Assembly: GCA_964342815.1 (NCBI GenBank)
Contig: CAYFHS010000008.1
Coordinates: forward strand, 68,813 to 132,812
Length of the DNA stretch: 64,000 nt
Direction: 5' to 3'
Source: an uncultured archaeon
Lineage (GTDB): Archaea > Thermoplasmatota > Penumbrarchaeia > JASLWR01
The notes beneath the pieces were generated by a model. The model saw only the letters and a list, made by a program, of their open reading frames with translations, was not told the origin of the DNA and did no database searches. The stretch's first letter is position 1. Every line of letters begins with the position of its first letter. The position numbers and the translations under genes were made by a program. Of this stretch, positions 63,835 through 64,000 are shown in pieces.

Positions 63835-63945
63835 TAATTGAATTTGTAAATACATAATCCTCTACAACAACAGGTGCGATTGGAACCGAACCATGTATTA
63901 TGTATTTTATAAAATACGTTAAATGTTTCGCCTAATTCTTTATAG

Positions 63946-63999
63946 GTAAAGTCAGGAACATTTGGACTGACTTCTTGGTAAAGACGTGCCAGAATGGGA
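63946..63999 (-). repeat. Dispersed copy of the REP-like unit at 35286-35339
   Basis: Reverse complement is 52/54 identical to 35286-35339; runs to the window edge. Confidence 0.9.
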
Positions 64000-64000
64000 C

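Overview
Archaeal genomic window. The gene content (rpoK-rps2-MEMO1, rpl7ae-rps28e-rpl24e-ndk, archaeal pheT, mptA, PGF-CTERM surface proteins, uvrBAC) suggests Thermoplasmatota; that taxon call is inference. Most of the window is core or metabolic: a bcd-etfB-Fd/etfA-B12-binding-meaB operon, glycosylation genes, an ABC-F ATPase, uvrBAC, a bacterial-type LeuRS with an archaeal-type tail, a roughly 10 kb two-component cluster containing one frameshifted PAS/GAF kinase, a Ser/Thr kinase, PKD/peptidase surface proteins and a POT-like transporter. The most interesting part is the left 6 kb. It is a tightly coupled NLR-like (STAND) candidate defence operon: a stand-alone TPR sensor paralog, an Mrr-like nuclease fused to a LamG domain, and an HNH-NB-ARC-TPR protein. 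Its modules are joined at near-identical DNA segments with abrupt codon-usage and C-to-G skew switches, which suggests module shuffling. The window also holds two families of small palindromic repeats and several unexplained highly structured intergenic elements. I saw no tRNA, rRNA, CRISPR array, transposase or reverse transcriptase. All alignments and base counts were done by hand; no database search was run.
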